Below the pieces are notes generated by a model that searched no databases, was not told where the DNA came from, and saw only the letters and a list, made by a program, of their open reading frames with translations. Of a stretch of 64,000 nt of DNA, positions 1 through 14,652 are shown piece by piece. The stretch is from assembly GCA_951406725.2 (NCBI GenBank), contig OX597814.1, positions 90,706,001 through 90,770,000 of the forward strand. The letters run 5' to 3'. The stretch's first letter is position 1, and each line of letters begins with the position of its first letter. The DNA comes from Octopus vulgaris. Lineage: Eukaryota. The position numbers and the translations under genes were made by a program.

Positions 1-1110
1 AATATTCCTATTAAATTTGCTTTTCTTCGAAGATGCTTTGTCGCACGTTTTTAAACCAAATCTCGTAACAATGTCCTGTCTGCTATAGTCTATGAAGTTG
101 TTTATCGTTTGAAGCATACAAATTGCAATCATTCACATAGGAAATATGGTTGATTATCTAATAGTTATTATAATGTTCAAATCTAGTTCTGTTTTAACTC
201 GCTGGTTAAAAACGTAAGTGCCAAACATATTAGGAATGGAGAAAGAGAGACTTCTTGAACTATTTCGCTCTTAATGCATATTTTTATTTACTACTAGTAC
301 CCCCCCACCACCACCACCACTGCCAGATCGCCGCCTAAATCTACTACTAATACTACTACCATCACTAGCCTAATACCCGTCAACTTGATTGGCTCTTTTA
401 GATCATTGTGTAGATTTTATAAAATTTTGCTCAATGGATTCTAAATGAATGTCGTGCATGCATAGCATAGGATAGTTTATAAGAGCACCTATTAATTTAT
501 TTGTGTACTTAAGAGGAATATGGAATATGAATTGTCTTGCATAGGGTTGCTAGAATGATAGTTTAATCTGACAGTCCATTAATCAGTTATACACAAGGTT
601 ACACACACGTAGGAAGGGAGTTCAGCGTCAGTGTATGTGTATAATTCATAAAATCTATGTTCCCAGTGCACACTTTTGCTTCACTCTTGCAATTTATCAA
701 GGCTATAAATGAGTTCTACTTTCTAATCCTTGCCTGGTTTATAAACGTTTGGAATTTTGTATGAAGGCATTTCCTCTCATGCATTGTCATTTTCTCTATT
801 GATTATTTGATTAAATTTTAATTGTTTAGTTCCAAAAGGATAAGACAATTGTTATGCTGATGACGTCTATAGAGATAGAAGCATATGTAACTGTTTGTTT
901 TGTTATCTTCTGTCAATAAACCAGCCATTCTCTTTAATGGTATGTCAGTTTTGAAGAACACTTAATTCTTGAGACCATCTTCCATTCTCATACGGATCTT
1001 TTCTCATTGGGTAGTAATTGTAACACATCCGCTAGGGGCGGACGTAATTTTGATAATTCAAAAGTTTATGTTGCATACTTGCTAATATATGTGTGTTCCA
1101 TTTATACACA

Positions 1111-1228
1111 GATACACACACACACACACACACATATGTCCTTGTAGACATATACAAAAACGCTTACACAAGTATGGGTACTTGTATGTGAATATATGTG
1201 TATGGGTGAATGTGAGAGCGTGTGTGTA

Positions 1229-1299
<71 letters not shown>

Positions 1300-1400
1300 G
1301 CATCCAACACACACACACATACACATAAACACACACACATATACAGAGAGAGTGAGAGAGAGAGAGATACAGAGAGAGAGAGACGGAGAGAGAGAGACAG
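1111..1400. repeat. Compound microsatellite (CA)n/(TA)n/(GA)n
   Basis: Directly visible dinucleotide runs; they explain the [12 protein letters not shown] ORFs at 1089-1500. Confidence 0.95.
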
Positions 1401-1590
1401 CAATGAAGTTAGAAGTAAGCTTGAAATAAATATGTTTACTTTCGGTACAATGCCTAAGTTTGTTTATCTCCTTTACAACCTCCCTGTCAGCACGATTTAG
1501 ATTTCACGTGTATCCATTCTTGACGGCGGTATTCCGAGTTTATGTCCAAATCATATTGAACACTACTATGTGATTATGAATATATACATA

Positions 1591-1773
1591 GGCGAATGCT
1601 TAACTGTGTTTTAAGAAGTTTGCTTCCCAACCACATAATTCTGGGTTCAGTCTCACTGAGTGGCATCGTGCGTGAGTGTCTTCTGCAATATCCTGATACC
1701 GACCAAATCGTTGCGAGTAGATTTGGCTGACCGAAACTGAAAGAAGGCCGTCATGTATATATATATATACATA

Positions 1774-1846
<73 letters not shown>

Positions 1847-2146
1847 GTAAATATGTGTGTTTAGAGAGGGAGAGAGAATGAGAGGGTGAGAGAAAAAAGA
1901 GAGAAAGAGAGTGAGATAAATGGATAGATAGAACGACAGATAGATCTATGTCCTTGCCTGTGTTTGTCTCCACCACCACTTGACAACCTGTGTTAGTGTG
2001 ATCCTGTTCTCGTAATTTAGACGTTCGGCATAGACATCGATAAGTACAAGGTGTATAAACAATATTAGGGTTGATTCGTTCGACAAAAATTCTTGAAGAT
2101 GTTGTTCCAGCATGGTCGCAGTATAATGACTGAAAGAAATAAAAGG
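1591..2146 (+). mobile_element. tRNA-derived SINE family A (octopus OR/OK-like), with internal (TA)n/(GA)n expansion
   Basis: tRNA-like head with B-box-like GGGTTCAGTCTC; body GGAAACTGAAAGAAG-like and tail CCAGCATGG-CGCAGT..TGACTGAAA are shared with copies at 11290, 42836, 53666 and 55580. Confidence 0.8.
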
Positions 2147-2352
2147 TTAAATGATATAAAGTATGAACATTTGAAATGTGCATTGAAGCTTGTTTTTGGG
2201 TAATGTGCTGTTATGTTTATCATTGAAGACATCTAGATATACAATTTACATGCCTTAGAATTGCATTTTTGATGATTGACATTTATTTAAATTCATCTCA
2301 CATACCTATCAATTTCTATATATTTTCTACTTTCTAAATTTCTATTTTTCAG

Positions 2353-2465
2353 CTCATGCATCTGGAAATTATTGGATTGATAGAATCAAAGCTTCCTCAG
2401 ATGATCGTCACAATGAAAAGCCTAGCAGTAAACTGTTCCTTGCAACACTGGCATCATCAATATAG
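2353..2465 (+). CDS. Candidate terminal coding exon (phase 1), (A)HASGNYWIDRIKASSDDRHNEKPSSKLFLATLASSI*
   Basis: Long polypyrimidine tract ending TTTCTATTTTTCAG at 2352, then 36 open codons to TAG at 2463-2465; non-repetitive sequence. No homology recognised. Confidence 0.3.
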
Positions 2466-2736
2466 ATGACACACTAGATCAAACAACTCGACTTGAAAAA
2501 AAACAAAAACAAAAACAAAAAACAAAAAAAGAAAACAAAATATTCTGCAGAATCAAGCAAATTGTGGATGTCGTACTATTTTAGTTAAAACATTTCTATT
2601 GATCAATAGGGCATTGCGTATTCGCAAGAAGAATCCCTGTAGAAATTGTTTCTATTATTTAATTGCATTTAAAAATTCTGTATTCTTTCCCAAATATCGA
2701 ATAAGATATATTCATATATTATCAATTATATTAGTA

Positions 2737-2804
<68 letters not shown>

Positions 2805-3489
2805 ATATCTTCGTAAAAATATACAGAAGCATACAGATTTGATTGTGTAAATAAGTATATATATATATATATACATACAAGTACGTGTAACGCAACATAT
2901 ATATACCAATATATGAACATTTTTTAATAAACATATATCTGCATAAAAGCTAAGGATTTTGAACGACCTCAAAGCAGAAAGGTTTTGTGAGGACAGTCTT
3001 TCCATACACATAAAAAGACAAATAAATATATTACACGAGAAAACACATTGAAGTCTGCATATTGCTTTATATTATATAAAGGAAGTCGGTGAAATATAAT
3101 TACTGGTTTATTTGGTTCACACAGATAATTATAAAATTTCAAAATCTGACGTTTCCTGAATTCTCCCTTAACCAATAATGGAGTAAAAGCGTCTCGCGGA
3201 GAATCTGAAAAGAATATTTACACACGACAAAACTACGCACGACTTAGACTTTCAAAAAAGGAGAAAGTGTGCTAACGCAATATATATATATAATTTATAT
3301 GTGTGCGTGTGTGTGTGTACATATATACATGTATATATTAAACACCGTGTTTATATAGTCATGAATCAATTATTAACCGTTACTTTCCTATGCATTTCTA
3401 ATTACCCTATTTTCATGATCAATTCCATGTCCATACCTTATTAGATTTCCCTTTCACGGAATCTGTTGTATATTATATCCCACACTGTG

Positions 3490-3566
<77 letters not shown>

Positions 3567-4058
3567 GTATATATATGTATGTATATATGTATATGTATAT
3601 AGGTAACTGGAAATATAACGCAGCACACTATAAATATAACCCATGAAACAAGCTTGCGCGGACATTTTAAAACAATTTCTGAAATAACATTATTCAATAG
3701 TGATCTATATTTGTTGAATAAATTAATTCAGTCTGTATAACTGCATATGTAAAGTATATGCATTCAGTTTTATAATAGAAACCAGTTTAATGATTTTGGA
3801 TGAAACAAGAGCGTCAGTTGTAGTTCATTATGTATGCATAAAAATGGGGGCAGTTTCGTTTAATTGAGAGCTGTGTGTAGAGATAAACAGGAAAGAACAA
3901 TATCAATGCGTATAGACGTTCGCATAAGAAAAAGAATCTTCAAAGTTAATCTATGTAAAGTCAATTTAGCATAAAGTAAATCGCTGAATATCCATTAAAA
4001 AGCATGTGGTTATTGTATTATTATTATGTCATTTGAAACTGTTTTGTATTCGCCACAG

Positions 4059-4419
4059 CGATTTGATCCGGCCAAGAGGATCCATAACACACCGCGTTTT
4101 AAATCTAGACCCCCACATCAATATGGAACGTCCGGTTTCAAACCTATCTCCTGCTCAGGAGTATTATCGCCGGATGAATGTAGACAAACGCACGCTAGAA
4201 AAGATGCGTTTTGGTATTATTCTTACGCTTGGGACGATTACATTGATTGCTTGCGTCATCTATATTATTTACAGATGTACACGCAACCTCCTCATAGACC
4301 CAAATGAGGAACATAAAGAAGCAGAACGGGAAACTGAGGAGGGAACAAGGAGTCGACTTCTGAAGAGAACGTCCACAACGGAAGTGTGTACTATTTCTAA
4401 CGCTGAGTTCTATGTTTGA
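4059..4419 (+). CDS. Putative small single-pass membrane protein; terminal or single coding exon (first ATG 4123 gives 98 aa)
   Basis: Acceptor TTTTGTATTCGCCACAG at 4058 with the frame open from it to TGA 4419. Hydrophobic helix FGIILTLGTITLIACVIYIIY is followed by basic RCTR and a charged tail ending EFYV. More GC-rich than its flanks and not TE-like. Confidence 0.55.
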
Positions 4420-7400
4420 GGTTTCTCATAACAGTATAATGGTGAATGCAAGGAGAAGACTAGCACTCAAACTGAACAACTGTTTGGATGTGAGCGCTAG
4501 TATTTAGCTGGATGAGAAATCCTAAACCTATCAACAATGCAAGTCAGACTAGGGGTACGGAACTGCCAGACGAATAGTGTGAGAAGAAGCGACATAATAT
4601 GGCATTTTCGAAGAAAAGTTACCACATAGTTTATTCAACTAGTGGTAGGATATATCCAACATGTAAAAGTGTAAATAGAAATCATGAAACCTAAGTAAGC
4701 GAATTCACATGTAAAGGATTATACAAATTTACAGAGGTGCAAAATCGTTTTTCTGTTTCCAGAATACGCATATGCACATACATATATTTATATACATATA
4801 TTTAGGTATATATTTATATTTACATATGTATGCAAGCATATATATTATATACATATTATATATAACTTAATACATACAGATGACATATATAAGTTTGTGC
4901 ACAGTTTCCTTCGTATATGCATAACTTAAAAATTTACAAATGTATTAATATTCAGTATGTTTATTTGAAAATATAGCAAACGTTTTGTATATATTTATAT
5001 ATATATGTATATATACATATGCATATATATATGCATATGTATATGCATACATATACATATATATGTATATACATATAGATATGACTATATATTTACACAC
5101 ACACACACACACATATATATATATGCATATATATGCATATGACAATGCATTTCTGCATGTATACAGACCTGTGTATATTGTTAGTAATGTATACATCGAT
5201 TTGTGTATATATAAATGTAGAAGAGTCTGGAAAAGGTTAAACATGAAATGACATGACATGGACGACTTCACCAAATCTAAAATTCTATTTAGCATTTGGT
5301 GTTTCATATATTAGATATTTGTACAGAAATTAAGTGTGTACATTGCCGGAAGAGAATGTAAAACAATTTGTTGTTATTCTTTTTGTAATAGTATCCATGC
5401 TGCTATTCAAATATAACATGATATTAATCCACAGTATTAACATAGTCTAGAAATGGATGACACAGTGTACAGTAATTAAAACCTATTGTAAAACAGTATT
5501 ATAATGATGAAAAAAATCAAGGTTTCAGAGAAAATTATATCGTGTTCGTTGGTTTTATGGGAGAATAGTAAAAGGAAGTGTTATTTATTAAAATTGTTTA
5601 TTTATTAAAAATAATGATTGTATTAAGTAAAACAAATTCAATCTTGGTGATATTGTTATTAAATTTTCTTTCAGTAATGATTTGCTTAGTAAACTATATC
5701 AGCATTGACAACATCTGAAACAACATTCATAACGTCTCCAGGAACAATGATAAAATAAAAAGCTACTACTATATGAACTTGCGTTTATCAAAGTAATAAA
5801 TTTTGAAGACTATTTGAAGACACTGTGAATATTTTGGATGGTTGTGGTTCCTGGAGTTAAATTTACAATTGTGGTTGTTTTCACTGTTGTTGCTGCTGAT
5901 GCGGATGAAACTACCGCTGTTTTCTTTTCAATATGCTGGTGTAATTATTGTTGAACTTGTTTTTATTACTACATTTATTGGTGTTTTTAGTGCAGTTACT
6001 TGGTTATTATTTAGTTACAAATATTGCTATATTTTTTTTATGAAACACCACTTGATAATTAAAACGCTTGTCATTGCTATGTTAAATGTGAAATATTTAT
6101 GTACATGAAGGATTCATTAACATATTTATGGATATTGCATTATTAATGGGTTGATAAAATTACGCAGATAGATATAGAGCATTGTGATTGAATTATTTCT
6201 AAAACCATTATATGCAAGATACACTTGCTGTTAGTGACTATATTTCTTTATCACTATACATATGTTAGATGTTTATATATACAAATTTACTTCATATATA
6301 ACTCACCTTTTAAATTATTTCTGCAAATCTAATAGACTAAATATTACAGATAGGAAAAATAAAGTAAAGGAATATTATAACCTGAAATTTATGTGTGAAA
6401 TTAAAAACTATACAAATTCTTGAAATCTTTTTGTTGCAAAGCCCGACAATTATTGCCGAATATATTTTATATTTATGATCTTCAGATTGCATATATGCAA
6501 CACCTAGCAAAAAACAACTGTTTCTTGCTAACATAAAATGTAGACATCATTTAGTGCAAGTGTTAATAATAGATTCCAGAATACAAGTTTCTCTATTTTA
6601 CACTAATGGAAGAATTAAATCTCTTGATCTTTAGTATGGGAGAAAATTCGAAAAAAGGGTTTACTACTTTAATTTTTTATCTCTCATTTTTGCAATAACG
6701 TTCTTATATCTGTATTCGGAGATATACACGAACCTTTTTGAAATTAAGAAATGTGATGGATAAGTAAAGAATATTTTTGTTGCTAAATGTAAAGGCAAGA
6801 TGTCTCATTGTGGGAGCTACGAATGTATTCTTTACAAGCACATAAGCATATCGCTGGGTATTCCAAATGACACAAGCTTATAATACAGCAAATGTTATGA
6901 AATAAATTCTATTTATAAAAATGTTTATTTTCCATCCTCCAGTTACATATATTTGTAATGTATACTGATAACAATACGCATGCCAAATGTACAAAACACT
7001 TCAATAAAATAAGGCCCCGCATGTTGTTTTTGCATGCACAAAATTTCATATATTGTTTTGTGTATTGTTTTCTAGAACCCAAGGAGTGTTCATCATCCAT
7101 TATAAATGTTTTGAGAAGAATCACAGTTGCTTTCAACTATTATACTTTATCGAAATATCAAGATTACCATACATCTTTACACAGCCTCATATCGTTTGTA
7201 AAAGCATAGTGCCAATAATCAATCAATGTAAACCATGACAATCAGTAAAATATTAAAGAAAACTTAACAAGTGATTGACATTCCTATTTCGTGAATGGTT
7301 CTTTGTATGAGTTTGTATATATAATAGACCTCAATAATAAATTGTAAGTTGAAACGATTTGTTTTGATCACATACTTGATTCTTATAGATTAAGTTGCTG

Positions 7401-10397
7401 TTGACGATATATTGTGTGCACCTTTCAGTAGAGCAGTTATAGGAAAACCTCAATATAAAATGAAACTATGAATTCATGTGAAAGATTTAATATTATTTCA
7501 AAATTATATCCATTACGTTAAAATGTTATTACATAATACTGAAGTTGGAAATATAATTATTAAAAAGAAACACACAAGCACGCAAACAGAATCATGCACT
7601 CTGTCCCGCATGCATCCAATGTACTAATATTTTTATATATAATTATAATCTTTGCCTTTCTAATTATGTTTCAGTTCCGTTTGAGTGATTGGCAACTACA
7701 ATATTTTATCCATACTAAAGAGAAGTTAATATAACGATACAACCTCTGATCAACTTTCAAGTGAAATTTCTGTTTCATATATTTTATTTCTAGAAAAGCT
7801 AACCTTTCTTTGAAGTAATAAAAGGCATATTATATAAAGTTGTATCTATCTAACATATATTTATTAATCTCTTCCGTAATCAATGCTTCATATATTGCAA
7901 TAAAATACATTCAATATTGCGCCACTCCTAAGTTGTAAAAGAGATAAATTATGTTGATCTAGTAGCGATTATGGTACTTATGATAATATAAATAGAGAAC
8001 AAGGATGAGCAATACAAAAATTATTTCTGCATTTGTAATAACAACCAGAAAACTTTTTCATAACTTTAAATGGATTTATATATGAAATAATATTGTACAA
8101 AAAAACTAAAATAAAAAAAATTCTCAGTGACTTATAAGGAGGGGTGTAAATAAATTAAAATGAAATAATTTTATAGGTTTATGTGGACCGACATTAATAT
8201 TTCAGTGAGTGCCAGGGTAAGAATAAACATAACACTATGGTGAGAAGAGAATTCACAGTCATAATTCTCTCCGAGAATGAATCTATAAATGTAATGATGA
8301 CATTTGTAAATTCAGAGAAAGCAAATCGAATGTCAATCAATGTGCCTGAAAATAACTTGGTTGCTGGACAATATATATATATGTTTCAAAAGAACAAGAG
8401 TGGGGAATTATCTATATGCTTATTTAATATATCCTGTAAAGTTTTTCAATAATGAATAAAATCGTTATGCAATGTTATAACCTACAATCCTATTACGTAA
8501 TCAAAACATGATACAAAATATTAGCCATAAGTCAATTCAAATTAGCCCAAGTGATACGTCTTTCCTGCATAATTTAACATGAAATACAGTGGAAGATTTT
8601 AGTCGTGTCACTCATAATTTAGCTTTTACTATAATTATTTTTGTAGACGTGGAAGGTATACCTGTAATTAGTAGTCTCAGAAATGAGTTAGTACACTCGA
8701 TTTCTACGTAAATGCCTTTGACTGGTATTTAACATTTCTGTAGTTTTGTCATTCTGAGTTTGTTTATTCGTAATATGATTTGTTTTCCCCTGATTGTTAT
8801 ACTGATATTAATATTTTGCTATTCTGATATAGCGATTAATAAGAATCCATCGTTCATTTGCAATTAGACGTAGCAACATTTGATGTAGTTTTAGTAACTG
8901 TTTTAACCTTCTATAACTTCTGGTTGCTGTTGCTAAGGCAGAAACATAGTGTTATTTCGAACATGTGATTCTTTTATACACACATGCTTGGTTTACGTAT
9001 TCGGATTTCGATATTCTGAATATTTTCTCGTTTTTTCAAATGCTTCATTATAGTTATCTGTATTATCGTTAATATTCAGTTCCTTTGCAAAACGTTGAGA
9101 AATTCTAATAGAAATTTTCGTAATTTACTAATAATTAGACCGTTAGTGATTACATTTCTTATTGCAGGTTTATATTTGTCTTGTGGTATGCGTAGAGGAA
9201 GCCTGTATTAAGGTCTAATGCTGAATCCCAAATTACATCTGTTTTAACGTTATCAAAGTCAAAAACTAAAGATTTAAAAGTAGGTTTACAGTCTATACTA
9301 CGTTCGAAGTGTTAAATTCACAACCATGAAAAGAGAATCATCCTCGTACAAGCCTTCACTGATTTAATTAAATCGATTTGTGATCTGACTAAAGAAGTAT
9401 AAGCAGACGGAGTCTGTTAATTAAGCTGAGCCAAAGTATCCCAAAGTATTATGAATTTATCCTACATCATCTATTCGAAACAATATTTTCTCAGGAAGGA
9501 TTACAAACATTTCATACTTACAAATAGTATGGAAACCCATTAAAAAATCTGGCTATTTTTATAGTGTAAAACACATCAGAAGAGGAAAGACTGAGGAAGT
9601 TGTGTGGCGTGTATGTCAAACTGGAGGTAGGGGGGTTCTGCGTTTAACTTTTGGTTCTCTGTATCAGTCGGAAATTTTGAGCATATCCTAAAATAACGTA
9701 ATTTCAAATAAACTTTTCATCAAATTCGGAAATTAAGAAAGACATATTTCTCTGATGAAAGGATCCTTCTCAATCGTTTGCTTATTTGTAGTCATTCAGA
9801 TAAATGTTCCAGCATTTTAATGTATAAGGCTTCGTCTTATGCTCAAAATGTAGCATATTTACATTGTAGAATTTGTGGTATTAATCAAATTAGGTGAGCG
9901 TTTACGAGTTTTTATAGTTTTTCTATATGTCATTAGTTGTAAGAGTATCACAGATTTTTGAAACCCATATGAAAGTTAAGTGCTTTCTATTACATACACT
10001 TATTAGATAAACTATAAAAAAGTATAAGAGTGAACATATATTTTATGATTTATCTAATATATTTGATTTGGTCTCGAATATCTTTTTGCAATCGTTATGA
10101 TACCTTTACATTTAACATTCCTAAATAGTATTCGCTTGATTCGGAATAAGATGCTGCATGTATGCATGTCTACAATCACACACTTGCACCCCCCACACAC
10201 ACACACTTGCACCCACACACACACTCAGTTACATACATACGCACATACATTCATATAGACATGTATATACATGTACATATATATATACACACACATGAAT
10301 ATATAAACATGAATGTGAGAGAGATGGAGAAGGAAAGAGCGTGTGGGGGTATGAATTTGTATTTGTGTATGTCCAGATATATGTGTGCGTGTGTATA

Positions 10398-10500
10398 AAT
10401 ACATACATACATACATACATACATCCATCCTTCCATCCATCCATCAATCCCATCCATCCACCGATCCACCGATCCACCCATTCATCCATCCATACATATA
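10398..10500. repeat. Tetranucleotide microsatellite (CATA)n/(CATC)n
   Basis: Directly visible. Confidence 0.9.
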
Positions 10501-11153
10501 TTGTATAAGCCCGAATGTTTGTCATTTATATTGATCCAATATCGTCATTTCCCAAAACATCTTTACCAAAACTGACATGGAGATGTATGCGCTTTCTTGA
10601 AAATCAATTAAATTAAAACTGCCTTGAGCTACCCTTGAGATACCCTTTTCTGGTATCAACAATACAATCTCTATCGATAGTTCACATGATAGTAGGAATG
10701 ATATCAAAACTGAAATGATGATGAGCGGAAGAAAACTATGTCAGACTGACCAACAAAATATCTTTGCATTACCGTTCACCTGTCTTGTTAAATTCATTTA
10801 TACAATACCATAATTGGCATTAGATTGTCTTCAATGCTAATTGAATGCGTTTCCTACAACTGTCAAAAACGATTTTACTGGAAATAAATTTGCTAAAAAT
10901 ATTGGCAAGGAAAACAGGAGATATTTAAAAGCATGTACCCATTTACTTGAAAACTCATGTATCTAGAGAGAAACGCGGGGAGATACTAAAATAATAAAAA
11001 GGTTTTAATACAAGCGAAACAGATAGGTTAAAATAATCAACTACTGTGTATGTGATTTCACAGTTGGAATATTAGGGATAATTTCATGGGGAAAACCTTT
11101 GAAACAATTGTAGATACTCATTAATAAGGACATTAAATGTAAGGTTATCACAC

Positions 11154-11188
<35 letters not shown>

Positions 11189-11289
11189 CGTATACATACA
11201 CTTGTGTGTACATATATATACATACTCACATATATATATCGATATATATATATATACATATATATATACTGTGTATATTTTATTTTATT

Positions 11290-11580
11290 CTTTTATATGT
11301 TAAGTCATTTGACTGCTGCCATGCTGGAGCAGACTTTAGTTCAATAAATCGACCACAGAGACGTAAACACACTAACATCTTTTATCAAGCGATGGTGGGG
11401 AAACAAACACAGATACACACACACACACACATACACATATACATATATATGTGCGACTGCTGCTTTCAGTTTCCGTCTACCAGATCCACTCACAAGGCTT
11501 TATTCGGCCCGAGGTTATAGTAGAAGACACTTTCCCAGGGTACCACGCAGTGGGACTGAACCGTGTGGGTGGGAAGCGAA
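11290..11580 (-). mobile_element. SINE family A copy, internally deleted
   Basis: GACTGCTGCCATGCTGGAGC...TTTCAGTTTCCGTCTACCAGATCCACTCACAAGGC...CCACGCAGTGGGACTGAACC matches the copy at 42836-43230. Confidence 0.85.
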
Positions 11581-11599
11581 GCGGGTTGAAAGTGGGAGA

Positions 11600-12945
11600 T
11601 GAGAGAAAAATCGACCAGTCCCTTCGGCGGTCAGCGTGAAAGGCAAAGGAGAAAGAGAATAAAAGATGACGATGTCCACGGGTTACGTGTTAGTAGTAGG
11701 ATGGAGAAAATTGTAAGAGAGCAGAGAGGAATAAAATGAGCAGAAATGGAAGGCAAAAAAAAAAAAACAGATAGCATCATAGAAGACGTGTAGCGAGTGA
11801 AAGGGAGAAAGAGAGAGGGGGAAGAGAGGGTGGGTGTGAAGGGGAGAAAATGGAAGAGAAAAGATAGGAAGAAGACGTCGATATTTTAAAGAAGCATGTT
11901 GCGGAAGGCCGGAACAATGCGTGATGATACAAAGGAAAAGAAAGCCAAATATAGTGACAGTTTTACCATGCATTTCTATATTTCGGGGTGAGACACCTTC
12001 TTCAGGATATTTGGAAAAAGCAGTAGTTGGAAAAAGTCGTTGCTCAGATGTGTGTGAAGGAAGGAGTTAGGGAAGGAAGGAGATATGGGGAGCAAGAGAA
12101 AGGTGACATGTGCAGACTAGTGTTGCTATAGCAACCAGTCTGCTCTATGTTGTTCCATCGTGTTGTTCATGACTGGTGTCAATTTCTTTATAAAGAGGGT
12201 TTCCGTAATTCTGAGATTATCCCTGTTGCATTGGTTTGCCCTGATGAACAATGTGAAATTTTGGGTTTCGCATTTCCCAAGGTGCTTTCTTTTTTTGATT
12301 AAGTGTCAGTGTGGATATGCTCCTTTATTCGATTTTGCAGTTTTATAGTCGCACTCCCTATGTAGAATGCCCCATTTACTGCAGACTATTTCATATTCTA
12401 CTTAGCCCTCGAGCATGTTTTGATGTTGATGGAGCAGTTGGTGAGTATGCACCATGGCGAACTTTTTCTTCGAGCTTTGCTCAGGGGTGGACCGGCATGT
12501 TCCAACTGTATGGTATGTTGAGTAGCTGCAGGTGTTCTATCGTCGTAGCAGGGCAGATTAAGGAAGCATTTTATCGACTTGTTGTCATAAGATTTCTTAG
12601 CTACTTTCGTATTTTGGGGACGCAGTCCTTTAGCTACCGATGGTTGGTAGCCGTTGTGTGCTGAATTCCCGAGGAACCACTTAGTCCGTTGCTTCACTGC
12701 ATCTATCTCTTATGCGTGTGGTCTCATTCTGCATATATGCAGCTTTGGCTCTAGTGGGCAGGGCTGATTCGTAATGTACGAAGAGATTTCAACTGGTTGC
12801 TTTTCTATAAAAATTCGTGTAGATGTAACCCTTCTCTGTGATCTTCATTTGGAAATCTAGCAGCGAGGTGATTCTGGAATCATCCGGATACCCGATTTCT
12901 AATTTGGTATCGTTATCGACGTTGTTAAAGATTCTTTGGAAGAAA
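11600..12945 (-). mobile_element. Penelope-like retroelement relic (RT C-terminus, GIY-YIG, 3' pLTR-like region)
   Basis: Minus-strand translation across frameshifts: SLLDFQMKI..EFYRKATS*NLFVHYESALPTRAKAAYMQNETTRIRDRCS (about 12690-12880) and VEYEIVCSK/AFYIGSATIKLQNRIKEH (about 12315-12400); hammerhead-like motif near 11976-12010. Confidence 0.75.
11976..12010 (-). ncRNA. Degenerate minimal hammerhead ribozyme motif (Penelope-associated)
   Basis: Minus strand ATATC-CTGAAGA-aGGTG tct CACCcc-GAAA-TATA: both conserved core boxes and stem II are present; the cleavage triplet and the 3' strand of stem I are not recognisable. Confidence 0.5.
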
Positions 12946-13388
12946 GCAAACGAACGTATACGAAAACAAGAACAGAAAAAACGGAGAAATGTTACACAAT
13001 TACAAATACAAACAACAGGATATTAACAACAGGTGTCTCTCCTCTAAGGATGAATTAAATTATGTTGGCGTGAGTAAAAGTGAAGCCTTACGGCAGGAAC
13101 ATATGACTTGGAATTCATGGGAAGGAATATAAGCAATGCTACACGGATGGTATTCGAACCAAGAAAGAACGGTCAGGCTTGGCGCGACAACAGTCACGTT
13201 TAAGGAGAGGAGAAAGGTAGGGCAGAGGGGTTGATCAAGTAGGATAGGACGAGAAAAAGAGAAAAAGAAAGGAAAGGAACTGAGTGAGCTAAAAGAGGAG
13301 GGAAAATGATGAGAATGTAGGGAAGGGCAAGAAATATTAGAGAGGAGCTAAAAGAAAGAGTAAAACAGTTGTACAGGTCACCTATATA

Positions 13389-14652
13389 CCAGGTCATCCC
13401 ATAAGTTCTGTCCGAATTTTTAATAAAGAAAACAAGTGATCAAATGTTATATTTAATTGAAATCTAATTATCAATGTACTTTTCCTGATCATCTATAAAT
13501 TCCTTCCATCTATTTGCAAGCTCTTTAAAACCATCAATGTAAAACACTTTTGGTTTCAAAGCGAGGAACTCTGCAATGTCAATTTCGACCTCCTTCTGGC
13601 TTGCGAAAGTTATGTCGCCCAAATGATTCTGTAAACCTCGAAACAAATGGTATACTGAAAGAGCAAGTTTGCGAGAATAAGGTGGATGAGGAATTTTTTC
13701 CCAACCAATGTTTTCGATCTTCTGTGACGTCATCTTTGCAGTGTGGGGTCGCACATTGTCCTGATTAAACATCGCTCCTTTTCGATTCACTAAAGCGGGT
13801 CATTTTTTCTTAAAAGCTTGGTTCAAATGCTCTAATTGCCTACAGTAGACTTAAGCATTGATTGTTGAATTAGGCGGTAACTATTCAAAGTGAACTACTC
13901 CTTTGCAATCCCACCAGATAGAGAGAAGAACCTTTTTTTTCTATGAAGTTCCCTTCTCGGTTGTGGTTGAGCTTTTTCCCTTTTACGAAGCCACTGTTTA
14001 TGACGTTAAACATTTCGATAGAAGGTCCATTTTTCGTCAGCGGTCACAAGTCTACCCGAAAAGGGTGAAATGGGTTCGCGAGAATGGAGAGAAGAGCAAA
14101 TGTCAACTCGGGATCTGCGGTTGCTTTCGGACAATGCATGAAGCACCCATAAACCATAAAGTTATTGAAGATGACGATGAAGAGTTGTATAGCTTGAACT
14201 AAGCTGTATTCTTCAACTGATAATGCAAGATTTTCTTCAAGTAATGCCTCAATGAGCTTATCATCAAAATCAACTGGCCGTCCTGTTCGATCTTCATCTT
14301 CAAGGCTGAAACCTCTATTTCTGAATTTCGCAAACAATCTTCTGCGGGTTCTTTCGTTCAAGCATTCTTTCTCATAAACTGAGTGTTTGTTTCGAATCGC
14401 TTCAGCTGCAGAGTTTCCTTTTTCGTACTCACAAAGCATTATGTGCCTTAAATGCTCTTTGGATACTTCCATGTTAGAAAGGGTTTTAATCCAAAAAATT
14501 TTTATTCGATTATTCTGTAAAATAATGTTTAATTACTTTCAATGCACACAAATGCATAAAAATAATTTTTAATTCCATTAGGCATCCTAAAATACTATTA
14601 AATTTCATTCAATTTTTAAAAAGGTAAAATCGTACGGAACTTATGGGATGAC

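Noticed and set aside
5842-6108. Hydrophobic 88-aa ORF
   Set aside because: Built from TTG/TTA-rich low-complexity sequence, with a non-ATG start and no splice or composition support.
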